This document shows positions 45,747 through 54,519 of a stretch of 64,000 nt of DNA, piece by piece (positions within the stretch are counted from its first letter, which is position 1; the number at the start of each line of letters is the position of its first letter). The stretch is taken from the NCBI GenBank assembly GCA_963811165.1, contig CAWEQH010000008.1, positions 96,001 through 160,000 on the forward strand, read 5' to 3'. This DNA comes from an uncultured Nitrospiraceae bacterium. Lineage in GTDB: Bacteria > Nitrospirota > Thermodesulfovibrionia > Thermodesulfovibrionales > UBA6898. The position numbers and the translations under genes are program-made. The notes under the pieces were generated by a model. That model was not told where the DNA came from and ran no database searches. It saw only the letters and a list, made by a program, of their open reading frames with translations.

Positions 45747-46502
45747 CTAAAATGTATGTGAACTCTTCATAAAAAGGCTCACCCCGAGATAGGTAAACAT
45801 CACGATGACAAATCCGATTATTGCGAGCACTGCAGAAGGCTTCCCCGACCACCATTTTCTCAATCGCGCATGAAGATAGAGACTATAGAATAGCCAAAGG
45901 ATCACCGTCCATAACTCCTTGGGCGTCCAGAGCCAGTATGTGCCCCAGGCCAGGTAAGCCCATATACCCCCGAAGACCATGGCGGAAGAGAAGAGACAGT
46001 AGCCTACGAGAATAGCCTTGTACTGAAGTACTTCTACGTTGTCCATGGATGTATTGACCGCACCGGGACTGTTATCCCCCTTACCTTTGGAAATAATAAA
46101 GGGTATGCCGAATGCCGCAGCAATTCCGAAAAGCGCATAAGAGAAAAAAGAGAGGGTCACATGCGATTCGAACCAGAAGGTCTTCAGCACAGGGGGCAAA
46201 GGAGCATTGTGCGGAGGATAAAAAGACGAGATGACGGCAAAAAAGACGGCCAGGCCCACTATGGGGTACAAATATCTTTGCCTGTTTTTCAACCCCAACG
46301 TCATCGGCAGGCCGAAAAGTACAGTCGACATCGAAAGGAAGTAAAGCGTATCGTGCGGTCCTATTATCGGGAGTCTTCCCAGTTGTGTTCCCCGGTAGAG
46401 CATATACCCGGCCTGAAGTATGAAACCGGCGTAGATAAAGACGCTCCTGTAAAATCCTAATAGATAGAGACCGGCAGGAAGAAGAGGGAGGAGATTTGTC
46501 AT
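45747..46502 (-). CDS. ccsA: cytochrome c assembly protein CcsA/ResC
   Basis: WWD-domain GIWAYLAWGTYWLWTPKE, YLHAR, terminal His. Confidence 0.88.
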   Translation of the reverse strand: MTNLLPLLPAGLYLLGFYRSVFIYAGFILQAGYMLYRGTQLGRLPIIGPHDTLYFLSMSTVLFGLPMTLGLKNRQRYLYPIVGLAVFFAVISSFYPPHNAPLPPVLKTFWFESHVTLSFFSYALFGIAAAFGIPFIISKGKGDNSPGAVNTSMDNVEVLQYKAILVGYCLFSSAMVFGGIWAYLAWGTYWLWTPKELWTVILWLFYSLYLHARLRKWWSGKPSAVLAIIGFVIVMFTYLGVSLFMKSSHTF

Positions 46503-46531
46503 GCGGGGGTCAAGCTACGCCGCCTCAGAAA

Positions 46532-47005
46532 TCATCTCTTGAACGTGCCGCTTTTCCCGCCGCGTTTTTCAAGGAGGAGGATGTCGGAGATTATCATCTC
46601 CCTGTCGACTGATTTGCACATGTCATAGATAGTCAGGGCGGCAGCGGCTACAGCGGTGAGGGCCTCCATCTCGACCCCTGTCCGGCCCTTGATTTTGACC
46701 CTCGATTCTATATGTATACGATCGCCTTTTTTGTCATATTCGAATGCGATCTCTATGGAGGTGATATTCAGGGGATGACACATCGGGATGATCTCCGGGG
46801 TCTTCTTGGCCGCCATGATCCCGGCGACACGCGCGACTCCCAGCACGTCGCCCTTTGACACTTTCCCGTCCTGTATCAGCTTTAATGTGGTCTTCCTCAT
46901 TGATACGAAGCCCCTGGCAACGGCCTCTCTCACAGTCTCCGGTTTTTCCGAGACATCGACCATCCGGGCCCTTCCGCGGGTATCAAAGTGGGTGAGCATG
47001 CTCAT
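46532..47005 (-). CDS. moaC: cyclic pyranopterin monophosphate synthase
   Basis: [26 protein letters not shown]. Confidence 0.97.
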   Translation of the reverse strand: MSMLTHFDTRGRARMVDVSEKPETVREAVARGFVSMRKTTLKLIQDGKVSKGDVLGVARVAGIMAAKKTPEIIPMCHPLNITSIEIAFEYDKKGDRIHIESRVKIKGRTGVEMEALTAVAAAALTIYDMCKSVDREMIISDILLLEKRGGKSGTFKR

Positions 47006-48012
47006 CCACCGATTTTCGACATCGGCCTTCTTCTGGGAGTGTCGAGGACCGCGGGCCCTTTTAGGGCGATTATATCGCTTATGTTATGGCCTTCAGGTTT
47101 TATCCGGATCGACAGCCTAAGAAGACGCTCTATCTCAGAATCCGGCTCGCCGCTTCTGAGGGCGGCCCTCAGGTCGATCTCGGTTTCAGAGAAGAGACAG
47201 GGCCTCAGTTTCCCGTCGGACGTCAACCTCAGACGGTTACAGTCGCTGCAGAAATGATGGGTGAGGGCACTGATGAATCCGATGACACCTTTGGCCCCCT
47301 TCAGCCTGAAATATCGGGAAGGCCCGTCTTTTCTCATGCGGACCGGCGTAAGGGGTGAGATGGTCTCTATCGTCTTTTTCAGTTCATCGGTCGTAATATA
47401 CTTATCTGAGCTCCAGTAATCATTATTGCCGGAAGGCATGAACTCTATGAACCTCACGTGATAATCCGAGTCGAGTGTAAGGCGGGCGAAGTCGATCAAC
47501 TCGGCGTCGTTTACTCCCCGGATAGGCACCATATTGATTTTGATTGGGCGGAGACCGGCCTTTTCAGCGCTGGAAAGGCCCCGTAACACAGCGTCAAGAG
47601 AGCCTCCCCTCGTAATCTCTTTGTATCGCGCGGGGTCGAAGGAATCAATGCTTATGTTCACCCTGTCCAAGCCGGCTTCAGCTATCTCCATCGCATATTT
47701 TTCGAGGAGGATGCCGTTTGTCGTCAAACTCAGGTCTTCGATGCCCGGGATCTTTTTAATCGACGCGATAAGAAACGGAATATTTTTTCTCGTCAGAGGT
47801 TCTCCGCCGGTGAGCCGGACCTTTCTTACTCCAAGTCCGGCCCCGATCTGTACTATTCTGACTATCTCTTCATAGGTGAGAATGTCTTTGTGTTCAGAAG
47901 GGACGACCCCCTCGACAGGCATGCAATAGAGACACCGAAGGTTGCAGCGGTCCGTGACGGACACCCTGAGGTAATCTATCACCCTGAAGAAATTGTCCTT
48001 CAGGCCGGTCAT
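47002..48012 (-). CDS. moaA: GTP 3',8-cyclase (radical SAM)
   Basis: [23 protein letters not shown], terminal IGG. Confidence 0.97.
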   Translation of the reverse strand: MTGLKDNFFRVIDYLRVSVTDRCNLRCLYCMPVEGVVPSEHKDILTYEEIVRIVQIGAGLGVRKVRLTGGEPLTRKNIPFLIASIKKIPGIEDLSLTTNGILLEKYAMEIAEAGLDRVNISIDSFDPARYKEITRGGSLDAVLRGLSSAEKAGLRPIKINMVPIRGVNDAELIDFARLTLDSDYHVRFIEFMPSGNNDYWSSDKYITTDELKKTIETISPLTPVRMRKDGPSRYFRLKGAKGVIGFISALTHHFCSDCNRLRLTSDGKLRPCLFSETEIDLRAALRSGEPDSEIERLLRLSIRIKPEGHNISDIIALKGPAVLDTPRRRPMSKIGG

Positions 48013-48896
48013 CTCTTTTTTCCGGTCGGCTTCTTATCAAGTTCGGCGATCTTCTTCTTGGCCAGAGCTGCATCTTTTGAGTGTGGGTATTTTTCCAGGA
48101 GCCTTCCCAAGATCGTCTTACCCGTCTTTTTGTCCCCTATCTCGATGAAGGAGAGCCCTTGCTTTAAAAGTGCGCCGCTTGTCTTGTCGCTCTCAGGATA
48201 TTTTTTGAGCAGCGTTTCGTAAGCCAGGATGGCGCTCTCGTAATCCTTCTCTGAGTAATAGGTCTCAGCGATCCAGAACTGGGCGTTTCCCGAAAGCTTG
48301 TCCTTAGGAAAGTCCTTCAGAAATGCCTCGAACTTTTCCCTCGCCTCCCTGTACTTCTTCTCCTTGAACGCCTGATACGCCGTTTCATACGACTTGGTCC
48401 TGTCATCCGGAGCTTCCTTCTCATGTTCTTCGCCCGTCGGCTCGGTCTTTGCCTGCTCGGGCTCCGTCTTTTGACTTTCAGCCGGCTTCTGCGCAGCCGC
48501 GCCCTCGATAGACGCCAGTTTGTCCTTGAGGGACTTTATCTGGGTCTCGATGGCGGCTATCTGTGCCCGGGCGATGTCCTTTTCGGCAACAACGTCCTTC
48601 AGTGTCTTTTCCATGTTAAACTTGTATTCTTCGAACCTTCCCTGCAATTCACGGAGGTTTGAAGAGACTTCGGAAAGTCTGGAGTTGATCTCCACCTGGC
48701 TTTCGCGCACCGCAGAGAATGAGTCCTCTTTCACCACTCCGGTCGTTTTTTCCTTCAGAAGATTGACCTCTTTTTTTGTCTCAATGGTGTCCCGCCTTAC
48801 GTCGTTGATGTCCCGACTGAGCGAATCAAAGTCACTTGAAGAAGCGCACGCAGAGACAAAAAGAAACAGCAGTAAAACGGCCGGCACGCGTGCCAC
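48009..48896 (-). CDS. cpoB: tol-pal system protein CpoB/YbgF
   Basis: lipobox SAC, coiled coil, C-terminal TPRs (NAQFWIAE), position after pal. Confidence 0.88.
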   Translation of the reverse strand: MARVPAVLLLFLFVSACASSSDFDSLSRDINDVRRDTIETKKEVNLLKEKTTGVVKEDSFSAVRESQVEINSRLSEVSSNLRELQGRFEEYKFNMEKTLKDVVAEKDIARAQIAAIETQIKSLKDKLASIEGAAAQKPAESQKTEPEQAKTEPTGEEHEKEAPDDRTKSYETAYQAFKEKKYREAREKFEAFLKDFPKDKLSGNAQFWIAETYYSEKDYESAILAYETLLKKYPESDKTSGALLKQGLSFIEIGDKKTGKTILGRLLEKYPHSKDAALAKKKIAELDKKPTGKKR

Positions 48897-49453
48897 TACT
48901 GGCTTACCTTCCCGAGCACGACAAAGTGGGCGCGACGATTTTTTGCCCAGCACTCTTCAGTATGTTCGGTACAGAGAGGCTTCTCTTCACCGTAACTGAT
49001 CTTCTCGATCTTTGACGACGGCACGCCCAGAGATACTAAATAGTCCTTCACCGCCTTTGCCCGTCTGTCGCCCAGCGCCAGGTTGTATTCGTTTGTCCCG
49101 CGTTCGTCACAATGTCCTTCCACAGAGAGCTTCGCACCGGAGTTCTTCGTCATCCATGTGGCGATGGACTTCAGTTCAGACTTGTATTCGTCTTTTATAT
49201 CGTATTTGTCGAAATCGAACTGGAGGTCTTTAAACATGCCTTCTTTTCCCTCTTCGGCCCCAATTCCCTTCCCCTCTGATTCAACTGATTCTTTTCCGGA
49301 GGCGATCTTCTGTTCCGTGACCTTCTCCGGGGTCTTCTGCTCACCCTCCTTCTGCTGCTTGGCGGGCTGCTCGGCCTCCGGCTTAACGGCCGCCTTATGA
49401 CAGCCGAACGAGATAAAAGCTACTAATGCACACAACACCCAAAACCGTTTCAT
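48896..49453 (-). CDS. pal: peptidoglycan-associated lipoprotein
   Basis: FDFDKY, EGHCDERGTNEYNLALG, SYGEEKP. Confidence 0.96.
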   Translation of the reverse strand: MKRFWVLCALVAFISFGCHKAAVKPEAEQPAKQQKEGEQKTPEKVTEQKIASGKESVESEGKGIGAEEGKEGMFKDLQFDFDKYDIKDEYKSELKSIATWMTKNSGAKLSVEGHCDERGTNEYNLALGDRRAKAVKDYLVSLGVPSSKIEKISYGEEKPLCTEHTEECWAKNRRAHFVVLGKVSQ

Positions 49454-49485
49454 GATATTCCTCCTCTTCGTATAAAAAAATAATA

Positions 49486-50910
49486 TTAGTTAGGAGACCA
49501 TCTCGGGCCAAAGGCCCTCAGGTCCTTCGGGGTTATCCTTTGCTGTGATTCGCCGTTTGCCCTCATGATATAAATACTCTTAGTGCGGTCCCTGTCGGAG
49601 GTGAAGGCGATATACCTTCCGTCGGGCGAAAAAGAAGGGTCCTCGTTATTGCCCGCTTCGGTAAGCTGGGTCAGCCCCGAGCCGTCGGGCTTTACTATGA
49701 AAATCTGGTTCTTCCCGCGTCTTCCTGAAAAGGCGATCCTGTCGCCGGTTGGGGACCAACAGGGAGAGGTGTTATAGTTGCCTTCAAACGACACCCTCCT
49801 TACCTCGCTGCCGTCTGAGCGCATGACGTAAATCTGGGGGGTCCCTCCCCTGTCCGAAACAAACGCGATGGACTTGCCGTCCGGCGAGACCGAGGGAGAT
49901 ACTTCAATCCCGAAGGTCGAAGTCAGTTTCCTCAGGGTACCCGTACCGATGGTATAGGTAAAGAGGGAGGGGGTGCCGTCCTTGGTGGAAGAGAAGACAA
50001 AGGCGTTTTCTTTCGGGAAAAAATCACCGGCCATATTTGTCCCCTTCGAAACGAATATCCTCTTTTCGGTCATTTTCAGAAAGTCTAACAAATATATGCC
50101 CCATTGTCTACCTCGCTCGGAGGAATACACCGCCTTCGTCCCATCCGAAGACCAATGGGGTGAAAGCAGGAGCGAGCTCTTCAGCCCGAGCTTTCTGGTC
50201 CTTTGCCCGTCCCAGTCCGTCAGGAAAAGGTCTTTCTCTCCGCCGCGCTGGCCCACGAACAGGATCCTGGTCCTGAAAACGCCCGGACTTCCCGTCAGCA
50301 AGGTGTAGATGTCGTTTGAGATCGTATGCCCGAGCTGTCTGACAAGAGATTTCTCCGCCTGATACTCTTTGCTGAGCACGGCCTTTCCTTCCGAAGTATC
50401 ATAAAGGGTTATGGATACTGTAAGGTTCGTGCCTTCCCTGACCGCCCCTTTGACTACCGCCTCGACACCGAGCGGGGTCCAGTTTCCCGGATTGAAAGGC
50501 TGGGAGATCGGTTCTATGTATGCGGAGCTATCGACATAGGTGAAGAGCCCGGTGAAAACGAGGTCGTCCCTGATCACGGCGGAGATTTCTTTGCCTGCGG
50601 CGCCGGGCAGCTCATAGATTGCGATCGGGACTTTTTTCGCCGATGGGGAGGTGATGTCGATGTAGATTTTTGCCTCGGCAGATGTGAATAGTGAAACGTG
50701 AACAGTGAATAGTAAAAGGAAAAAACACATGCGACGAATGCTAAGAGGAAAGCCATATCCCATCGTAACTCTGTCATTCCGGCTTGTCCGGAATCTTTCT
50801 TCGCCTTCAGAAGGATTCCCGATGCGCTTCGCTTGCGGGAATGACAATCGTACAGCCTCACTCTTGATGACACGCGGGTTTGATATGTGCGTTTGGGAAT
50901 TTCTTTTCAT
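49486..50910 (-). CDS. tolB: TolB beta-propeller protein (start uncertain)
   Basis: PD40 repeats SPDG, FVSDRGGTPQIY. Confidence 0.93.
   Translation of the reverse strand: MKRNSQTHISNPRVIKSEAVRLSFPQAKRIGNPSEGEERFRTSRNDRVTMGYGFPLSIRRMCFFLLLFTVHVSLFTSAEAKIYIDITSPSAKKVPIAIYELPGAAGKEISAVIRDDLVFTGLFTYVDSSAYIEPISQPFNPGNWTPLGVEAVVKGAVREGTNLTVSITLYDTSEGKAVLSKEYQAEKSLVRQLGHTISNDIYTLLTGSPGVFRTRILFVGQRGGEKDLFLTDWDGQRTRKLGLKSSLLLSPHWSSDGTKAVYSSERGRQWGIYLLDFLKMTEKRIFVSKGTNMAGDFFPKENAFVFSSTKDGTPSLFTYTIGTGTLRKLTSTFGIEVSPSVSPDGKSIAFVSDRGGTPQIYVMRSDGSEVRRVSFEGNYNTSPCWSPTGDRIAFSGRRGKNQIFIVKPDGSGLTQLTEAGNNEDPSFSPDGRYIAFTSDRDRTKSIYIMRANGESQQRITPKDLRAFGPRWSPN
50772..50846. repeat. 75-bp palindromic miniature repeat element
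   Basis: TGTCATTCC...GGAATGACA terminal inverted repeat enclosing two ATTCC...GGAAT hairpins. Confidence 0.75.
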
Positions 50911-50915
50911 TATAA

Positions 50916-51587
50916 CTAGTCTTTTGGGGAAAACCTGATCCCTATCTCCATTTCGTTCTGCGGTCGGGTGACAGGACTCGCTTTCTGGATCGTCTCCATA
51001 GCATATCTATCGAAAAACCTGTTGCCGGATTTTTTTTCAAAGCCTTCAATGGAGAGTGTTCCGTCCCTGCCTATCTTTACAGATACAATAGCTTCAAGAT
51101 CTTTATCCCTAAGAAAATCGGGAACCTCCCAGTGGGACTGAATCTGCCCGGTGATTTTATCTATATAGCTTGCTTCCCCCGCTCCCATGGCAGGCCCAGC
51201 GCCTTGCACCGGGGCCTTAGCTGCGGGTGAACCACCCTTGCCCTGGATGGAGACAAGTGCCCTCCTAAGAGAAAGAATCTTTTCCAGCTGTTTTTCCTTC
51301 TTTCTCTTTGCCTTTAGCGCAGCGATACTCTCTTCGATCGACTTGAGCTCTTTCTTTTCGTCAATATGGGTCATTGTCTGTTTTTTTTCAACGGGGGATG
51401 GGGTACCCGGTTCAACAGCCGCCCCTTTGTGTTTAGTTGCGCCCGAGGGACCAACAAGGCTTACCGTGTATGGGGAGGGCATAATCATTTCATGGGATTG
51501 TCTCAGGATAAGGAAAGACAGAAGAAAGAACATCATATGAAGGCCGGCGGACAGGACCGCTGTCTTCTTGAGAGAAGGGCCTTTCAT
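50916..51587 (-). CDS. tolA: TolA/TonB-like energy transducer
   Basis: SxxxH TM motif (SAGLH), C-terminal W..P and SGNRFFD. Confidence 0.8.
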   Translation of the reverse strand: MKGPSLKKTAVLSAGLHMMFFLLSFLILRQSHEMIMPSPYTVSLVGPSGATKHKGAAVEPGTPSPVEKKQTMTHIDEKKELKSIEESIAALKAKRKKEKQLEKILSLRRALVSIQGKGGSPAAKAPVQGAGPAMGAGEASYIDKITGQIQSHWEVPDFLRDKDLEAIVSVKIGRDGTLSIEGFEKKSGNRFFDRYAMETIQKASPVTRPQNEMEIGIRFSPKD

Positions 51588-51985
51588 TTCATGTCAAGCT
51601 TCGGCTCTGTAATCATCCCGAGTTTTTCTATCCCGGCCTCCTTGATCTCTCCCATGACCTCCACGACAAGCCCGTAGGGAACGTCTTTGTCCGCCTTGAG
51701 GAAGATATTTGGGTTTAGTTTGCTGATCGCCTCCAATTTCTGGCGCATCTGCGGGATCGTTACGGGCGTGTCGTTCATGTAAATAGTGCGGTCTTTTTTT
51801 ATTACAAGTGAGATCCTCTCTTCGGGAGGCAACTCCTTGCCCTTCGCCTGCGGAAGGTTTACGTCTACTCCCTGCTGCAAAAGGGGGGCTGTCACCATAA
51901 AGATGACCAGGAGCACGAGCATTACGTCAACCAAAGGAGTGACGTTTATCTCAGAGAGGACCGTCCTGTCTCTGTTGGCTTTCAT
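51584..51985 (-). CDS. tolR: TolR/ExbD
   Basis: EINVTPLVDVMLVLLVIFMVTAP. Confidence 0.93.
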   Translation of the reverse strand: MKANRDRTVLSEINVTPLVDVMLVLLVIFMVTAPLLQQGVDVNLPQAKGKELPPEERISLVIKKDRTIYMNDTPVTIPQMRQKLEAISKLNPNIFLKADKDVPYGLVVEVMGEIKEAGIEKLGMITEPKLDMK

Positions 51986-52611
51986 TCGCCCGTCGTGGTG
52001 AAGAGCTCGAGGAGGTCCTCAGAGAAATCCTCCATCTCGACAATCATCTTCCTCGCCATGCTGAGGTAATAGTTGTAGGCGATGACCGCCGGTATTGCGG
52101 CCGCAAGTCCCACAGCGGTTGCGATCAGGGCCTCCGCGATACCCGGGGCGACAACCGCAAGCGATGCGGAGCCCGCAGTCCCTATCCCATGGAAGGAATT
52201 CATAATGCCCCAGACAGTACCGAAAAGGCCTATAAAGGGTGAAGTCGATCCCGTCGTGGCGAGGAAATTCAGGTATTTCTCGAGTTTTACCGATTCAAGG
52301 GTCTCGTATCTTCTGAGGAGGCGCTTTACCTCGCTTTTGTCTCGGCTAGCCCCGTCTGAGTATACGGATTTAAAGACGTTGGCGATTGGGCTTAAGGAGA
52401 GGTTCTTTGTAGACTTGAAAAGATTTTTGGGATCACGGTTTGCCCGATATGCCCTCAAAAACTGCTCCGACTCGTTGTTCGCCTTCGAAAAATACCTTTG
52501 TTTGAAAAAGATGATAGCCCACGACATGACCGAGAAAAAAAGGAGTATCAGCAGAACAATTTTGACGACAACACCTGCGTGAATTATTACAGAGAAAACC
52601 GATTCTTTCAT
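51982..52611 (-). CDS. tolQ: TolQ
   Basis: SPFIGLFGTVWGIM, VAPGIAEALIATA. Confidence 0.94.
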   Translation of the reverse strand: MKESVFSVIIHAGVVVKIVLLILLFFSVMSWAIIFFKQRYFSKANNESEQFLRAYRANRDPKNLFKSTKNLSLSPIANVFKSVYSDGASRDKSEVKRLLRRYETLESVKLEKYLNFLATTGSTSPFIGLFGTVWGIMNSFHGIGTAGSASLAVVAPGIAEALIATAVGLAAAIPAVIAYNYYLSMARKMIVEMEDFSEDLLELFTTTGE

Positions 52612-52809
52612 TCACTACCCCTTAATGGTTTTGTTAGAATTTAAAAAATTCGCCCGATAAAAGTCAAATTAAGATTTATTCACAATTTCTATAATACATT
52701 ATATTGCATATCGCAATCACGGATTAATTAAAATGAATGTTTTGCATGATACAAGAGGCGCTCCTTCAGAGAGTAGTTTTGGGGCCGATCAAATAAGATA
52801 TTTAAAAAA

Positions 52810-52941
52810 TGGCGGAGAGGGTGAGATTTCCGCCTCGGGCGGACCCGCTGGGGCGGGCGAACCAACATCTTCACGGTAGAGTTGCCCTACAACGATTTTT
52901 CCGCCACAGGCGGATTCGCCGGGGCGAACAAGACCATCACC
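52810..52941 (-). pseudogene. partial duplicate of tRNA-Ser with two 29-nt hairpin insertions and an 8-nt insertion
   Basis: blocks nearly identical to 52967-53033 interrupted at 52829-52857, 52863-52870 and 52900-52928; 5' acceptor strand and D-loop missing. Confidence 0.85.
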
Positions 52942-52966
52942 AATAAATTTAAGTCAATAAAAAAAA

Positions 52967-53056
52967 TGGCGGAGAGGGTGAGATTCGAACTCACGGTAGA
53001 GTTGCCCCTACAACGATTTTCAAGACCGTCGCCTTCAACCGCTCGGCCACCTCTCC
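52967..53056 (-). tRNA. tRNA-Ser(TGA)
   Basis: GGAGAGG acceptor, ACGGT-CTTGAAA-ATCGT anticodon arm, long variable arm, GTTCGAATC, encoded CCA; 90 nt. Confidence 0.96.
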
Positions 53057-53112
53057 GAAGCACTTATTATAGCAAACATATCATTATAAAACCGCCAACT
53101 CATTAGTAGCAT

Positions 53113-53174
53113 CTCATGCCTCTACTTCACAATTCTTCCATCATATTTTCAAAACTTCTTCAAAAAGCCTCTGC
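53113..53174 (+). repeat. copy 1 of ~62-bp direct repeat
   Basis: aligns with 61197-61258. Confidence 0.85.
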
Positions 53175-53279
53175 GCAGAAAACATAATTTCACCTCGGCA
53201 TACAACGCCTGACTCAGAAGAGTCGTGGATAATAAAGCAGAGGACACGGCAAAAAAAATACTCTATCCTTTAGAGAAGT

Positions 53280-53540
53280 CTACGCCGCAATAATCTCTAT
53301 GCTCGATATCTGCGGCTTTGGCATTTTCATAGTAACTACGAAAACCGGAATGCCCTTCCTCTTATGCTGCTCCAAGATTTTGTAATTTTCCGCATAAAGT
53401 TCCTTGTTATCCTCCGGCAGAATCACGAGAACAGCGCCCTTTGGAATTTTGTCAAGAACATCCGGATTTTCAAAGGTGTATTTCATCCACTCTGAGTGAA
53501 GGTCGAGATTCTTTTTTATCATTTCTTCTTTAGTCATCAT
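53280..53540 (-). CDS. DUF5647-like small protein (often TA-associated)
   Basis: KNLDL..EWMKY.FENPDVLDKIPKGAVLVILPED; AGGAG RBS. Confidence 0.65.
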   Translation of the reverse strand: MMTKEEMIKKNLDLHSEWMKYTFENPDVLDKIPKGAVLVILPEDNKELYAENYKILEQHKRKGIPVFVVTMKMPKPQISSIEIIAA

Positions 53541-53611
53541 CTTAACTCCTTTTCGACGTATCTCATGGAGGGATCACGCATGATACACCTCATAAGATTT
53601 GAGCAGTCAGG

Positions 53612-53881
53612 TCAGTAGACTTCGTCATGGGTCCCGATATCGAGGAGACGAACTGTGTAGTCACGTAATGTGAAGACGATCCTCAGTTCATACGTCAGAG
53701 AGCAGGCATATTTGTCTTTCAGTTCTCCTGTCAGGGGATGCGTATGAAGGGGAGGGTCAAATCGATTGGGGGCAAGTTTACCGAGCGTTTCCGAATACTG
53801 CGTTCTCAAACGCGGATATTTCCGCGCCAGCTTTCTGGCTTTCTTCAGATATGCCGGAGCATATTCAATCGCCCACTTCAT
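53612..53881 (-). CDS. RelE/YafQ-superfamily type II toxin
   Basis: LHTHPLTGEL, SLTYELRIVF, LLDIGTHDEVY. Confidence 0.85.
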   Translation of the reverse strand: MKWAIEYAPAYLKKARKLARKYPRLRTQYSETLGKLAPNRFDPPLHTHPLTGELKDKYACSLTYELRIVFTLRDYTVRLLDIGTHDEVY

Positions 53882-54080
53882 CAAAGACAGCCTTTACCGC
53901 GTCATCCACAGATTTATAGCGGACAGGCGTTTCTTTTTCAGCCTTCAGGACGCGGTCAACAAAGGCCTTGCGCTTTTTCTGTTTTTCAAGGAGATATTGG
54001 ATGAAGTCCCTCGTTTCCTGAAGCGCGGGCTCGGTGAGCATTGAGAGCATATCCCTGATCTGTTCTATTTCACTCGCCAT
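53865..54080 (-). CDS. putative antitoxin
   Basis: 71-aa ORF (MASEIEQ...) overlapping toxin start; ETRDFIQYL and YKSVDDAV segments. Confidence 0.65.
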   Translation of the reverse strand: MASEIEQIRDMLSMLTEPALQETRDFIQYLLEKQKKRKAFVDRVLKAEKETPVRYKSVDDAVKAVFDEVGD

Positions 54081-54231
54081 TTTTTGATTAAGTTCGATTA
54101 TACTCACAGAAGCTGATTTCCCATCATATGCCTGTTGAGGCAAACCACCTTGACCCTCCTTAACCAAGGTAACGCCCCCGGCCTTTCTTGACAAGAACAG
54201 GAATTTTCTGCTAATTTCCTCACGGTATCTT

Positions 54232-54519
54232 ATGGAGGGATATCGGATGACGCGGGGTACAATTATTGCTGAGTCAGTTCCGTCCTTGTCAGCTAAAGTA
54301 AATAACATAACCTCTCTTTCGTTTCCCCTTAATTCCGAACGCTTTCGGGAAAGGAGAGGTTGGGTAGAGATACTGCTTCTGTTGATTCTCACTGCTTTTA
54401 TTTTTTCCACCTCTACTACATTTGCCTTCAAGCTTCCCGACACCGGCCAGACTAAGTGTTACGACAAGGCTGGCTCCGACACAAGCTGCATGACAGCAGG
54501 ACGAGGAGTGGAAAAATGA
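54232..54519 (+). pseudogene. truncated N-terminus of a DUF1566/Lcl-type secreted protein
   Basis: signal peptide then KLPDTGQTKCYD..G...SC, ends at start of next gene. Confidence 0.6.

Noticed and set aside
52967..53056. tRNA-Sec (90 nt, long variable arm)
   Set aside because: Anticodon is TGA (Ser, reads UCA), not TCA, and the acceptor stem is the standard 7 bp.
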